From contig NC_091474.1 in NCBI RefSeq assembly GCF_036971445.1, positions 77,748,001-77,812,000 on the forward strand: DNA of 64,000 nucleotides, written 5' to 3'. Shown piece by piece: positions 26,280 through 38,300 of the stretch. Numbering within the stretch: the first letter of the stretch is position 1; each line of letters begins with the position of its first letter. The translations under genes and the position numbers were made by a program. Below the pieces are notes generated by a model. The model saw only the letters and a program-made list of their open reading frames with translations. It made no database searches and was not told the DNA's origin. Source of the DNA: Narcine bancroftii (Eukaryota).

Positions 26280-26646
26280 AGCCTCTGTTCCACTGGCACC
26301 CTGTCCCAGGAATTGACTGGGAATTTACTAGGACAGGGTCCAGTCGAAAAGGAACACTGTCTGAACGCTGGCATTCATATGGACATTATTTCACGCCTCG
26401 ACCCCTACTCATATCCCTGGTGTTTGCTGACACCAGGGTGCTTAAAAAAAAACAGTGAAAAATAGACAGCAGAAAGTCACCTGTTTCCAGTTGAAGGTAG
26501 AACACTCTGATCCCCAGGGATGAGTTTGTGGAGTGGAAAAGCAATTAGTGTCCCAGTTAAGGGTGGGCCAGTGGAAATGGCACAAAGAGCTTCCTATCCC
26601 AGGATGCTGCATAGCCAATTAACTGGGATACCAGTGGTAAAGGGGT
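26280..26646. mobile_element. Non-autonomous DNA element (Harbinger-like TIRs); partial second copy at about 25395-25616
   Basis: Ends gcctctgttccactggca / taccagtggtaaaggggt; about 230 bp shared between the two copies. Confidence 0.45.
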
Positions 26647-26934
26647 GATTTGCTTTAGATGCAATATTTAAAGTGCTTCTGGAGAGTAAGTTTCTTCCAT
26701 TGAGTCAGTGAGCTGTATGGACACTCTCTGCCCACCTCATCCGTGATACTGATCTACACTAATCCCATTGGCCCATCTCAACCATGATGTCTATCTACAC
26801 TAATCCCAGCAGGCCCAAATCCCTGTGCAAAATTGAACTTTAGCATTTCTGAGTTTAAACAATCACTTAAAGACATTGCTGACATTGGCGGACTCTCCTC
26901 TGTCAGTTCCCGGTGCACAATGTATTTGTGGTTA

Positions 26935-28700
26935 CATTCAGAAATTGATTTATTGTCAAGAACACATGGCATGAAATTTGTTGTTGTTGTGCAGCATTAC
27001 AATAAATTGCTTATAAATTACATTTCTGTAAATTCGTGATGTAAAAATGAGTACAAAAGAAGAGAGAGGTCATGTCTGTGGTTCATTGTCCATTTAGAAA
27101 TCTGATGGCGGAGGGGAAGAAGTTGTTTTTGTACTGTTGGGTGTTTGTTTTCGGGCTCCTGTACCTTTTACACCGACGGTAGCAGAGTGAAGAGGGCAAG
27201 GCCTTGGTGGTGAGGCTCCTTGAGGATACAGGTTGCTTTCTTGATTTGAGACACTGCTTCTCAAAGAAGTCCTTAATAGAGTGAAGACTAATGTCCACGG
27301 TGGCACCGGCTGAGTTTACAACCCTCTGTAGCCTTTCCCTGATGTGTCCATTGGATCTCCATATCAGAGAGTGATGCAACCAGTCAGAATGCTCTCTATG
27401 GTATACCTGTAGAAATTTGCAAGAGTCTTTGGTGATGTACCGAATCTCCTCAAACACCTAACAGAATATAGCTGCTAGTGAGGCTTCTTTGTGATTTCAT
27501 TGACATGATGATCCCAGATCTTTAGAGATGTTGACACCCAGGAATTTGAAGTTCTTTTCCTCCTTCACTGCTGACCCCTCAGTGATGATTGGTTTGTAGT
27601 CTCCTGGTTTCCCTTCCTGAAGTCCACAATCAGTTCCTTGGTTTTGCTAAAGTTGAATTGTCTAAGGTTGTTGCTGTGACATGGCTCAACGAGCTGATCT
27701 ATCTCACTCCTGTACGCTTCCTCATTGCTGTCTGTGATTCTGCTGACAACCATGGGTGCCATCGGCAAATTTGAAGATGTCATTTGAGTTGTGGGTGTAG
27801 AGACAGTAGAGCAGTGGGCTAAGCTGGTATCCTTGAGGTGTGTCTGTTACTTATTTGCACTGTTGCAAAGGCTTGTAAGGCTGGTGATCCAGACCTCGAC
27901 AAGAAGTCCAGGTACAACCTGTAGATGGCTATCTCAGCAACAAAGCCCCCATTCTGGAGGAAGCTAGAGACAGATGCTCGCCAGTTGTCAGGAATTGCAG
28001 GCCAATACATCCTACAAAGTGAGGTTGAAAACCATAAATGGCTGTGATGCTTCACTTCCTGATGAGCTGAACACCATCTATGCTTGCTTTAAGAAGGAGA
28101 ACTCAACTATGCATTTGAGAATCCCTGCAAGGGCTGAGGACCCTGTGATATCTGCCTCGGAGGCTGACATCAGAACATCATTCAGGATGCAAGGCATCAG
28201 GCCCTGATGACATACCTGGCAACCTACTGGAAATCTGTGCCAGCCAACTAGTCGGGGTGTGCACGGACACTTGTACAGAGGTGCCTACGCTCAGGACAAG
28301 AAAAAGCTCCAGAGGGTTGTTAACTCAGCCTGTGACATCACGGCTACTGTATTCACTCCTTGGAGAAACTCTATAAGAGATGGTGTCTTTATTTATTTAT
28401 ATATATATATATTTATTAAAAAACACAACCTCTATCCTCAAAGACCCCCAGCACCCAGGCCACATCCTCTTCACTCTGCTACCATCAGGAAAAAGATACC
28501 AGAGCAATCAGCGGCATAAGGACAGCTTCTTCACTGCCATCAGTTTCCTGAATGAACAGTGACCTAGAACACTGCCGTACTGTGTCTTTTTCTTGCACTA
28601 TTTTTATTTAATTTTTAAAGTGATTTATATAAATATCTACACTGAGATGCTGCCATAAAATGATGGATTTTGTGAAGTTTTCATGATGATATATTCTAAA
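26935..28700. mobile_element. Rex1/Babar-like LINE fragments in opposite orientations (- about 26935-27850, + about 27860-28700)
   Basis: [40 protein letters not shown] motifs. Confidence 0.7.
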
Positions 28701-29169
28701 TGTGGTCTTCCAATGAACAAGTTGAGGATTCACTTCTCTAATAGTGTGAGTGTGTACCCTGATGTGTGAAGGATCGATATAAACCATGGTATCCCTTTTC
28801 CCTATGTGTTTTTCGTTGACTGAGAATGCCACTGGCCAGACCAATATTTAATATCCATTCTGAATTCTCCCCCAAAAAATGGATTTCAAAAAGAATTGTT
28901 GCTTTGGGTCTGGAGTTGGTGGAAATTTGGTTTCTGCCAGATCAATTGCCCAAGCCAATTAACTATTATGCTACTGTACCCTTTGAATACATGATTGAAA
29001 TATTGTACTTTTGTACTTAACTACAAATCTATTGGAATTGTTGGTCCTAGTCATTTAGTAATGCGTCTGCTATTGTTAGGATCAACTAATGTCAGTGTTC
29101 TCGTAACATTCATTAAAAGACTCACCCCCACTCCCATGTTTTCTTTTACCCTCCCCCTGCAGAAACGAT

Positions 29170-29344
29170 ATGGGAGGGGCAGTGTCCGTGGATGAGGGGG
29201 TCCACGTTGTGGTGGTCGGTGGAGGTTTTGGAGGGATTGCAGCAGGAAGCCAGCTGAAATCCTGCGCGATTCCGTTCACGTTGATCGACGTAAAAGATGC
29301 ATTGCATCACAATCCTGGAGCCCTCCGAGCATCAGTGGAAAGTG
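29170..29344 (+). CDS. AIFM2: AIFM2 paralog B coding exon 1
   Basis: Acceptor ctgcag ends 29162; MGGAVSV...GGGFGG...RASVESG; G|gtgcgg. Confidence 0.95.
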
Positions 29345-32300
29345 GTGCGGTTATGGGAAGAGTTGATTATGGGTCTGAATTCCATGTGTTGCTTTTCGTT
29401 CCTTTCTCTCTCCCATAACTGCCCCGCAATGGCGAATGTGTGAAAATAATGCTTCTCCTGAGGTTTTCTTTTTACAAAAGAAAGTCATCCTTGTTGCATT
29501 AAATTGTACTGCAACTTTGAAGCAGTAATTTTGGGAGAAGGGTATTGATAGTGTTTTATTAACTCTGAAGGGATGAACTCTGAAGATTGAGTGTGCTCTC
29601 CCACCCAATCATCTGGAAGGAACTGCAGGACGGTTGTTAGTTTTATGAAGTTGGAAGACATTTTAATGTAAATAAAAGTCCTAAAATTCCAACTGCTCGG
29701 GGATTGGGTGGGTTTGGATTTTCTGGATTCTTGGGTGGTACCTTTAAAATTCACATTTAAGGAGAATAAAGAAGAGGTGAACAGTTAAATTTTGATAGTT
29801 TATTAACAAAACATTTTTTCATATAAAATACAAAAAAGCTAAATCAATATTTATTTGTTCATTTCTGCATCTGGGGGCGCTTACGCATACACACAAAAGC
29901 CCATTAAATTTAAGATGTTTGAGTTTTTGAGAAGTCTGGGTTGTCAGGTGGTCCAGATTTCTGGACTTTTACTGTAGTTTCATTGCAGATCTAGAGTTGT
30001 CATGAGGATATGTGATTACTTTCTCCCAATGCCCTTTCAGTTCTCCCCACTTTAAGTCGTCTGAATAATCTGCTGGCCTGATTTGGATCTATTGTTGAAG
30101 GTTTGGTACAAATAACAATGTGATGTTCAGGTTTTTTTATCTGAGCAGTTTTCTGTAACCATTGGCATTGCAAGTATGAGCTCAAAGTCTGAAGATGGGA
30201 GAATCTTAAACCAAAACCCTTGGTTGAAGCTCTGTTTTATTAGTCTCCCAACTTGGTGGACCAAGTAGAATTGGCAACTTGCAATCTTATAAGAGATCAG
30301 AGCACTTTGCATGTCATTTGATGTTAGTAACCTAAAAATCTATTGGTCACATCGGTAAACGTAACCACCAATAAAACATCCACAACCTTCTGATGAAAAG
30401 AATTCTAAACCTCACACAGTCCAGAAATTAAAGCAGCTGTTCTTAACAGGGACTGTACAGATCGTGTGGGTGTGTGTGGTGGGGGGGGGGGGGGGGCGGG
30501 GGGGAAGGAGAGGGGAGAGGAGAGAACAGCACATTTAAAGGGGGGGGCTGTGATTGAAACCGATAATTAGGGGGTCCAACATATTCAGGGTAGAAATATG
30601 GAAGAAACTTTACTGCTTCACAGGGAAGGGGTCCTAATATACTTTGAGCAGAGACCTGAGGGGACCATAGCTGAGAAAAGATTGAGAATTTTAAATTACA
30701 TTTTCAGCTTAGACATGCAGCACGGTAACAGGCCCTTTTGGCCCACAGGCCTGTACTGCCCAATGACAGATAACCCTGGTTTGTTTTTGAATGGTGGAGG
30801 AAACTGAGCACCCAGAAGCAACCCATGCAGATGCAGGGAGAACGTACAAACTCCTTATGGACAGCGCTGGATTTGAACCTGGGTTGCTAATTCTGTAACA
30901 GTGTTGCACTGGCTGATCTGAGCCATTATCCCAGCTGATGCTTTTTCTTGTAAAATGCGACCATTGTTGAGATTTTTTGACTGTCTGATAACTAGAAATG
31001 TAGCCAGGTTTTCAAAATAGAATTTTTTTTTTAGTTTTACTTTTTTATTTTATTAGGATTTGCAAAGAAAACATTTATTTCATTCAAAGAGACATTTGCA
31101 GAGAACTTCAAGCAAGGCAATGTCATTGATATTGATTTGGAAAACCAAGCAGTCATTTTGGAGAGCGGGGAGGTAGGCAAATGGGATAAATTGAATGCTT
31201 TAGAATTCCTCTGGTCCCCTACATCCCTCCCTGTCTCTGTGACCCCCCTCTGGTCCCCTACACCCCTCCCTGTCTCTGTGACCACCCCCACTCTGGTCCC
31301 CTACACCCCTCCCTGTCTCTGTGACCCCCCCCACTCTGGTCCCCTACACCCCTCCCTGTCTCTTGTGACCCCCCTCCTCTGGTCCCCTACACCCCTCCCT
31401 GTCTCTGTGACCCCCCCCACCTGGTCCCCTACACCCCTCCCTGTCTCTGTGACCCCCCCCCGGTCCCCTACACCCCTCCCTGTGACCCTCTCCGGACCCC
31501 TACACCCCTCACTATCTCTGTAACCTCAACAAAACTCTTAACTCAATATGCAAGAACACAATTTTAACTGGTTGTTCTGTTTTGAAGGTTGTGCATTATT
31601 CTCACCTCATTTTGGGAACTGGCAGCTCTGGCCCATTCCCTGGAAAATTCAATAAACCAGTTGAAATGCAGAATGCCATCCAGATGTATGAAGATCTTGT
31701 TAAACAGGTATTGTTGTGTTGCAGACTGAATCCAATTTAGTTTTATAATCTGTTGGTACTTGTAAAATAAATAAATAAATAATTTTTTTTCTTCAAATTT
31801 TTTTTGTCTGTTCACAGGTTCAGTCAGCTCCAAGAATTGTTGTGGTTGGAGGTGGATCAGCTGGTGTGGAAATGGCAGCAGAGGTCAAAACTGAATTTCC
31901 GGACAAAGAGGCATGTCGCGTTGTCAGTCTGGATACAAGATGGTGGGTGGTGGGAGGTTAACAGTGGTGCAGTCAGTCAAGTTGTTGCCTTGTCACTCCA
32001 GAAATTCTCCTTTCACCCTCTACTCAATGCAGTTTTTTTTTTGAGTTTGTATATTCTCCTTGTCATCATGTGGGTTTCTTTTGGGTATTCTGATTTCTTC
32101 CCTTGTCCCAAAGATATGTGGGTTGGTATGTACATTGGCTGTTTTGAATTGTGTCTAGCTTTTCTGAGTGGTAGAATCTTGGGGTTGGAAGAGGAAGTTA
32201 AACAAAAGAAAAATCTCCTTTCCATTGCTGGGTCAAGCATGACCTGTTCTCATGGAGCACCTACCCTTCCTGCTTGATCTGTTGTATCCATCTTTATACT

Positions 32301-35300
32301 TTAATGCCTAAATTTAGGGTTAGGGTTATTGCCTCGTGCATTGACATGTGTGCAAGTGTGTGGTCAGAACCTTCAAGTTCCTGAAAATTGATATTTCAGA
32401 AGACTTCTCCTGGAGCCAGCACATTTGAGGCAATTGTGAAGAATGCATGCCTTTTTAACAAGACTTGAGGAGATTTTGCCTGCTGTCAAATATTCCATCA
32501 AACTTCTACAGGTGCACTGCGGAAAGTATCCTGAGTTACAGGCATTACAGCCTGGTTTTGTAATTCCAATGCCCAGGAACGCAGAAAGCAACAAACCAAG
32601 GCAGCTCCATCACAGACTCTGACCTTCCATCCATTGCTGACATCTGTGAGGCACTGCATCAAGAAGGCAGCCAATGTCCTAAAGGACCCAACTCCCTCCA
32701 CCTCCCACCACCCTGCTTGAAATCTCTTTTCTTTGCTACCTTCAGGCAGAAGGTACAGAATCTGGAAAACCAGCACCTCCAAGTTCAACAACAGTTTCTT
32801 TCCAACAGTGATCAGACTCTCCAATCTCCCCTCATTACACCAATGATGGATGGCCTGCTCTGACAGCAGAAAAAGACTGCACTACTTTTTGCACAAGGAT
32901 TGCTGTGAATATTTATCATCCATCGATTTTGTATTTATTGTCTTTAATTCAATTAAGTTTTTTTTACAAATACTCATTCAGCTGCAGCAAGAATTTCCAT
33001 GCTGTCAATGTATATGATGAATTTATTATTACTAGCAGGATACCCGGCGTTGCCTGGGAAATAACACTCAGTTGTTGACTACATGGTTGAAACAGAATAT
33101 CCAAAAAACATCATGGTAATCTGCATAAACTGCCCCTTACCTGTCTGGAGGCCCAAGCACTGAGACAGGCATATCTCTGCTGTTCGGTTTCCTGCTGCCT
33201 GCTCCTTGCATGTCTGGAAGCATCAACAGTGAGCCAAGATGGCTGTTGCTCTGCTTTCTCCTTTGTCTAACTCTACAGGCTTGTGAAGAGCTTCTGCCAA
33301 TGTTGCTTTGCTTTTTGGGGCCCATATTGAACTGGTTTTGGCCACTTGTTTTTATTCTGAATGCACATTGATGCACAGCCCTGTAACTAATTGAGGTGAT
33401 CCTGGTGCAAGTTTAATTTTATTTTGAACTTCATATGACCTAAAAGGATAATCAATGTGGTCATGACATTCAGCATCAAATGTTACCCCTACTGAACCTC
33501 CTTGGACATTTCTAGAGTACTCCATATTGATTTGCATGGAGGACAGACAAACAAACATGCACAAATATATATTAGATAATTGAAGGAAGTTTGTAAGGAT
33601 GAATTCAAAGCATGTTGCTTTGAATTGAGAAAATTGAGATGGAATAAATGGATCATCTACAACTGGAAGGATGAAACTAATGGAGTGCCTGGGGGGGGGA
33701 TCGCAATTGGCTCTCATTTGTTTTCTATTTGTACATGAGCTGGAGGATGGAACAAAATGCAAGGTTGCCAAAATTGTGTGGAAGGGTGAGTTGTGATGAG
33801 GATGTTGATTTTGCAGTGGGTTGTAGATTGAGTGGAAAAACTTGTGAATATGTTTAATGTATGCACTTCAGTGAGAAGTCATATTCCTGTCCCTATTTTC
33901 ATGCGTTTTCCCCCCTGCCCTCCACAATACTAATAATTTCTCTTTTTTTTTAGGTGACCTTAATTCATTCCAAGATTCCTCTGGCTGATGATCAGCTCTT
34001 GCCAAGTGTCAGGCAAGGGTTGAAAGAAATCCTGTTGCAGAAAGGGGTTCAGCTGCAGTTAGGTACATTAGCAAAAGATACAGCAAAACAAAATTGGAAG
34101 GGTGAAGCAATTTCATTGGCCAGTGCCTTTATTTTGAGGAGGGGGTGATTTTACTGTTCCTTCAGTGGCTTGCTAACTTTTGTAAAGTCATCATTATTTT
34201 AATCTATGCAAACAAAAATCATTTGTATTTGGGGTTGGATGTCAGCATAATTATTCCTCATCAAAAATTTGGCCAAGATTTTCAGTTCCAAATCACACTT
34301 TGTGCATCCATGCAATTCCATCATTTGAGTGTTGCATGGGAAGCTGGAGTTTCTTGTTTGGAGATGTGCCTGTTCATCACCTGCAACAAATGCAGGTTTT
34401 AACAGCCTTTCTGCAGGAGGCATCTCTGAACTGGTCCAGACTGGAATCTGACTCTGGTTGCCTTTTTTGTTATAACAGTAAAGTCCCTAGTATCCAACAC
34501 CTATGAAGATTGGTAGATGGTGGATAAGTGTATTTTCCATTTGCTTGAGACTGACTCTTGCAATGCCTACACATACACTGGCATTAAGAATAGTTTAAAA
34601 AGAGAAAACTGCTTCACTGTACAAACACTGAACAAACTTCACTTGTATGAACATATAAAGATTTCCCACTTTTTTACAACATAGTAGGAGTCCGTTCAGC
34701 ACATTGAGTGTATGCCAGCTCCAGGAAAAATCCACTTTCCCTTTGTATTCCTTTCCCTCTCACATCAATCAATGCTTCCTGAATCTCCTACCATCCACCT
34801 ACACAAGGAACAATTTTTAGTGGCCACTGAACCTACGGCACTTCTAGGATGCAGCAGTAACTGGAGCATCCAGCAGAAACCGTGTGACTCCACACATTTC
34901 ACATTGGAGGTCAGGAGGGAACTCTGATTGCTGGAGCTGTTCGTTCTGCAAATCAGTGAGCTTACAAGTCCTGATCCCCCCAGTGGCTAAGCTGAGAATT
35001 CTGTTGAGGAGCACAGAGAATGACCCTTTTGCCTATTGCAGTGGTTCTCAACCTTTCTTTCCACTTGCATGTCTCCTATGCCAGAGGTGCTCTGTGGTTA
35101 GTAAGAGATTGCTTAAGGTGGTATATGAGTGGAGGAAAAAATAGGTTGAGAATCACTGTTCACGAGTCCATACAGAGCACCAACGAGTAGTCCTACGTTA
35201 ATTCTTTTTTTTCATTCCCATCACTAATACTCTCATGAGAGCATTTTGCAGCAGCCGCTTAAGCCCATTGATGAGCACATCTCTGGGATGGGAGTGGAAT

Positions 35301-38300
35301 CTGGAGGAAACCCCCATGTGTCTTGAGGACACCCTGCTAACTTCACGCAGGCAGCAAGGCCATCCCTTGACATTTCTATTTGATTGCAGTTGTGCATTGA
35401 GAAGAACGTGAACTCTTGCCTCTCTGCTGTTTTCCACTAGGGCAGAAAGTCACCAACTTGAATGACTTGGTGATGAATGAAATAAACCCTGATATGAAAA
35501 TATTGACAGACAAGGGTATGGAAATCATTGCAGACATGGTCATCTGCTGTACTGGAATAAAGATCAACTCTTCAGCGTACTCAAAGGCTTTTTGTAAGTT
35601 TAATTCTCTCTTCATTCTGGTGGACTATACTTTCTTTTCTCCTTCCCCCTCACTTCTTTACACTATCTCCCCTTGAAACTCAAGTCCTGATGCAGGCTCT
35701 TGACCTGAAACGTCAACTATCCCTTTGCCTCCACAGATGCTGCCTGACCTGCTGAGTTTAAAATTTTTGCATTACATTTTTTTTTAAATGTTATGTTTAT
35801 ACATGCAACATGGTAACAGTCCCTTCTGGTCCATGAGTCTGTGCTGCCCAATTGCACCTAATTCACCTACAATGTTCATTCGTTTTGAAGGATGTTGGTG
35901 GGAGGAAACCAGAATACCCAGAGGAAACCCATGCTACACAGGGTGAATGCACAAACTGCTTAAAGACAGTGCATGATCTGAATTTGGATTGCTGGCACTG
36001 TAACAACATTGTGCTGACTGCTACGCTAACCATGCTGCCCTGGTATTATGACTGATTCATAACTTTTTGTTATCCTACTGCATTCGACAGTAGTTTATGA
36101 AAATTGGAACTATTCAACTGGAGTGCATGGATTTTATCAGTTTGTTCAAGTGGTGTCCTTTGACAATGATAATTGATGCAGATCAGGATGTGATTGGATG
36201 GGTGTTTGCTGCTTCCTTCAGTTTATTTGAATCAGGGGATCTCTCCATCCTTTGAACAATGTTCACCAGTTAGAAACCACCTTTTTGTCTTTTACCTTTT
36301 GGGTCTTTCCTCTCTCGCCATAGCTAAAAGTACTGTAGAAACGCGTGTAATAGTCTAATTTTTGTGGACCAATTTTTAGGGTAAAATTTAATACTTTAGA
36401 CTGCGGCATGTACCTTCATTGTTTGAGGTATCTGGAGCTCTGGTAAATGGCTGGAGACGAGGCAAGAGTTTGTGGTTGGGGCATCTGGAGCTCTGGTGGG
36501 TGGGTGGACATGGCCTGGGTGAGAGTCCATGGTTGGGGCAAAAATAGGGGGATTGACTTTTACATGGTATTAACTATTACATGGGTATACAGGGTATTTT
36601 TTCCTCCCTTTTATTGATTTTTGTCTGATCTACGAGACCTGGCCATTTCCCCAAAATCAACATGACAGTGTGACTGAGGGGAAGTCACGTGATGGAGTAG
36701 TGGCTGGTCGGGTGGAACCAGCCCTCTCCAGAGAAAAGAAAAAGTGTGAAAAAACAGAGCTCAATAAACATAAAATACAGGAAGAGAAAGATGAAGTTAC
36801 AGAGAAGAGACAGAAGATGGCACCCAAAAGAGAAAAAATAAGAATAACAGAGAAAAGAGAAGAAAAATCACTGGAGAAGAAGGAAGAAGGCCTGATATGC
36901 AAGTCAGAGCAGAGAACCACCGTGGAGAGGAGCGGCCGATCTCTGATGTTGGTGAGTCTCCAGAGGAGTGGTGTCCTCCTAACCAGCAGATTTCAAAAAT
37001 GGCTCTCAGAGCCAAGAGGAGGTGCACAATTGCGCATGCGTGAAATTGCGCATGGGCAGTGTGCAAGTAAAAAAAGGTTAATGCCGGCGGGAGGGGGATT
37101 CAGCTGTGGAGCAGCCAGCTGAGAGACGCCCAGTATCGGGGTGTTCGGCTGGGGGAAGAAAGCTAGAAAGAAGAAAAGAAGAGTGGTGAGAAAGAAAATG
37201 AAGGGCTGGAAGAGGGTGAATGGCAACGGAGTGACTGGCAGCGGGTTGCGGGTCGGCCCCGCGGCGGGTCGGCGGCTCACTAGAGAAGGATGAAGATACA
37301 AAGATGCAGAGAAGATGACACAGACATAGATACAGACACAGAAGAAGAGGAGGAAGACGACTAAGAATTTCAAAGGAAAGAAGGTAAAATAGAAGGACAA
37401 AATTCAGATGAAGCCTTTTTCGAAGAACAAATGAGGTCATTAAAAGAATGGCTATTATTAGAAATTAGTTCAATCAAAAGAAAAATAAGAGCTGAAGACA
37501 GAATGCAAAGCTTAGAGTTGGTCATGACTGAAATAGGGAAAAGAGTAGAAAATGTGGAGGAACAATAAGCTGCTGTAGAATTGGAGATAAATGATTTGAG
37601 GCAAGTTGGAAGAGAGCAAAAAAAATTTGGAGACACAAAATTTATCGTCACAAAAAATTGACATATTGGAAAACTACAGTAGGCGAAACAACATAAAAAT
37701 AGTGGGCCTGAAAGAAGGCAAAGGGTGCTGGGAACGACAGATTCACATGAAGAAATAGAAATCGAAAGGGCACATTGAGCGCTAGTACCGAAACCGCCAC
37801 CACATCAAAAACAGAGATCCATAGTGGTAAAACTCCTAAGACAGGGGTGTCAAACTCAAATTCACGGAGGGCCAAAATTAAAAACTTGGACTAAGTCGAG
37901 GGCCGAACTAAATATTTATTGAAAATTTTCAACAACATCTGCATGTTTTCTCTTCTTTCAACATATGTAATGTTAAACTTTAGGATATAACTTTAGGAGG
38001 ATAATGTTACCGGTCAGGAGTAGGTAGCTCAAGTTCACCCTTTGCTTGACCTGAGGAAAACATTTGGTCCCTGTGGAGATGTAGTCAGCATTAACAGGCT
38101 GTGTCCATTTTGGCCTGCATCAGGACTCAGCATTTCCTGCTCACTCCTCAGACTCTTGGCCTCTATTCACCCTCGACCCACCATCCCTCTACCTGACCAG
38201 TCCTTTACCCAACCTCTACTCACCCCTCACTCCACTCGCTCTGCCTCTACCCACCCTATCCTATACACGCCTCTCTACTGCCTCTCCCCTCAACCTGTTC

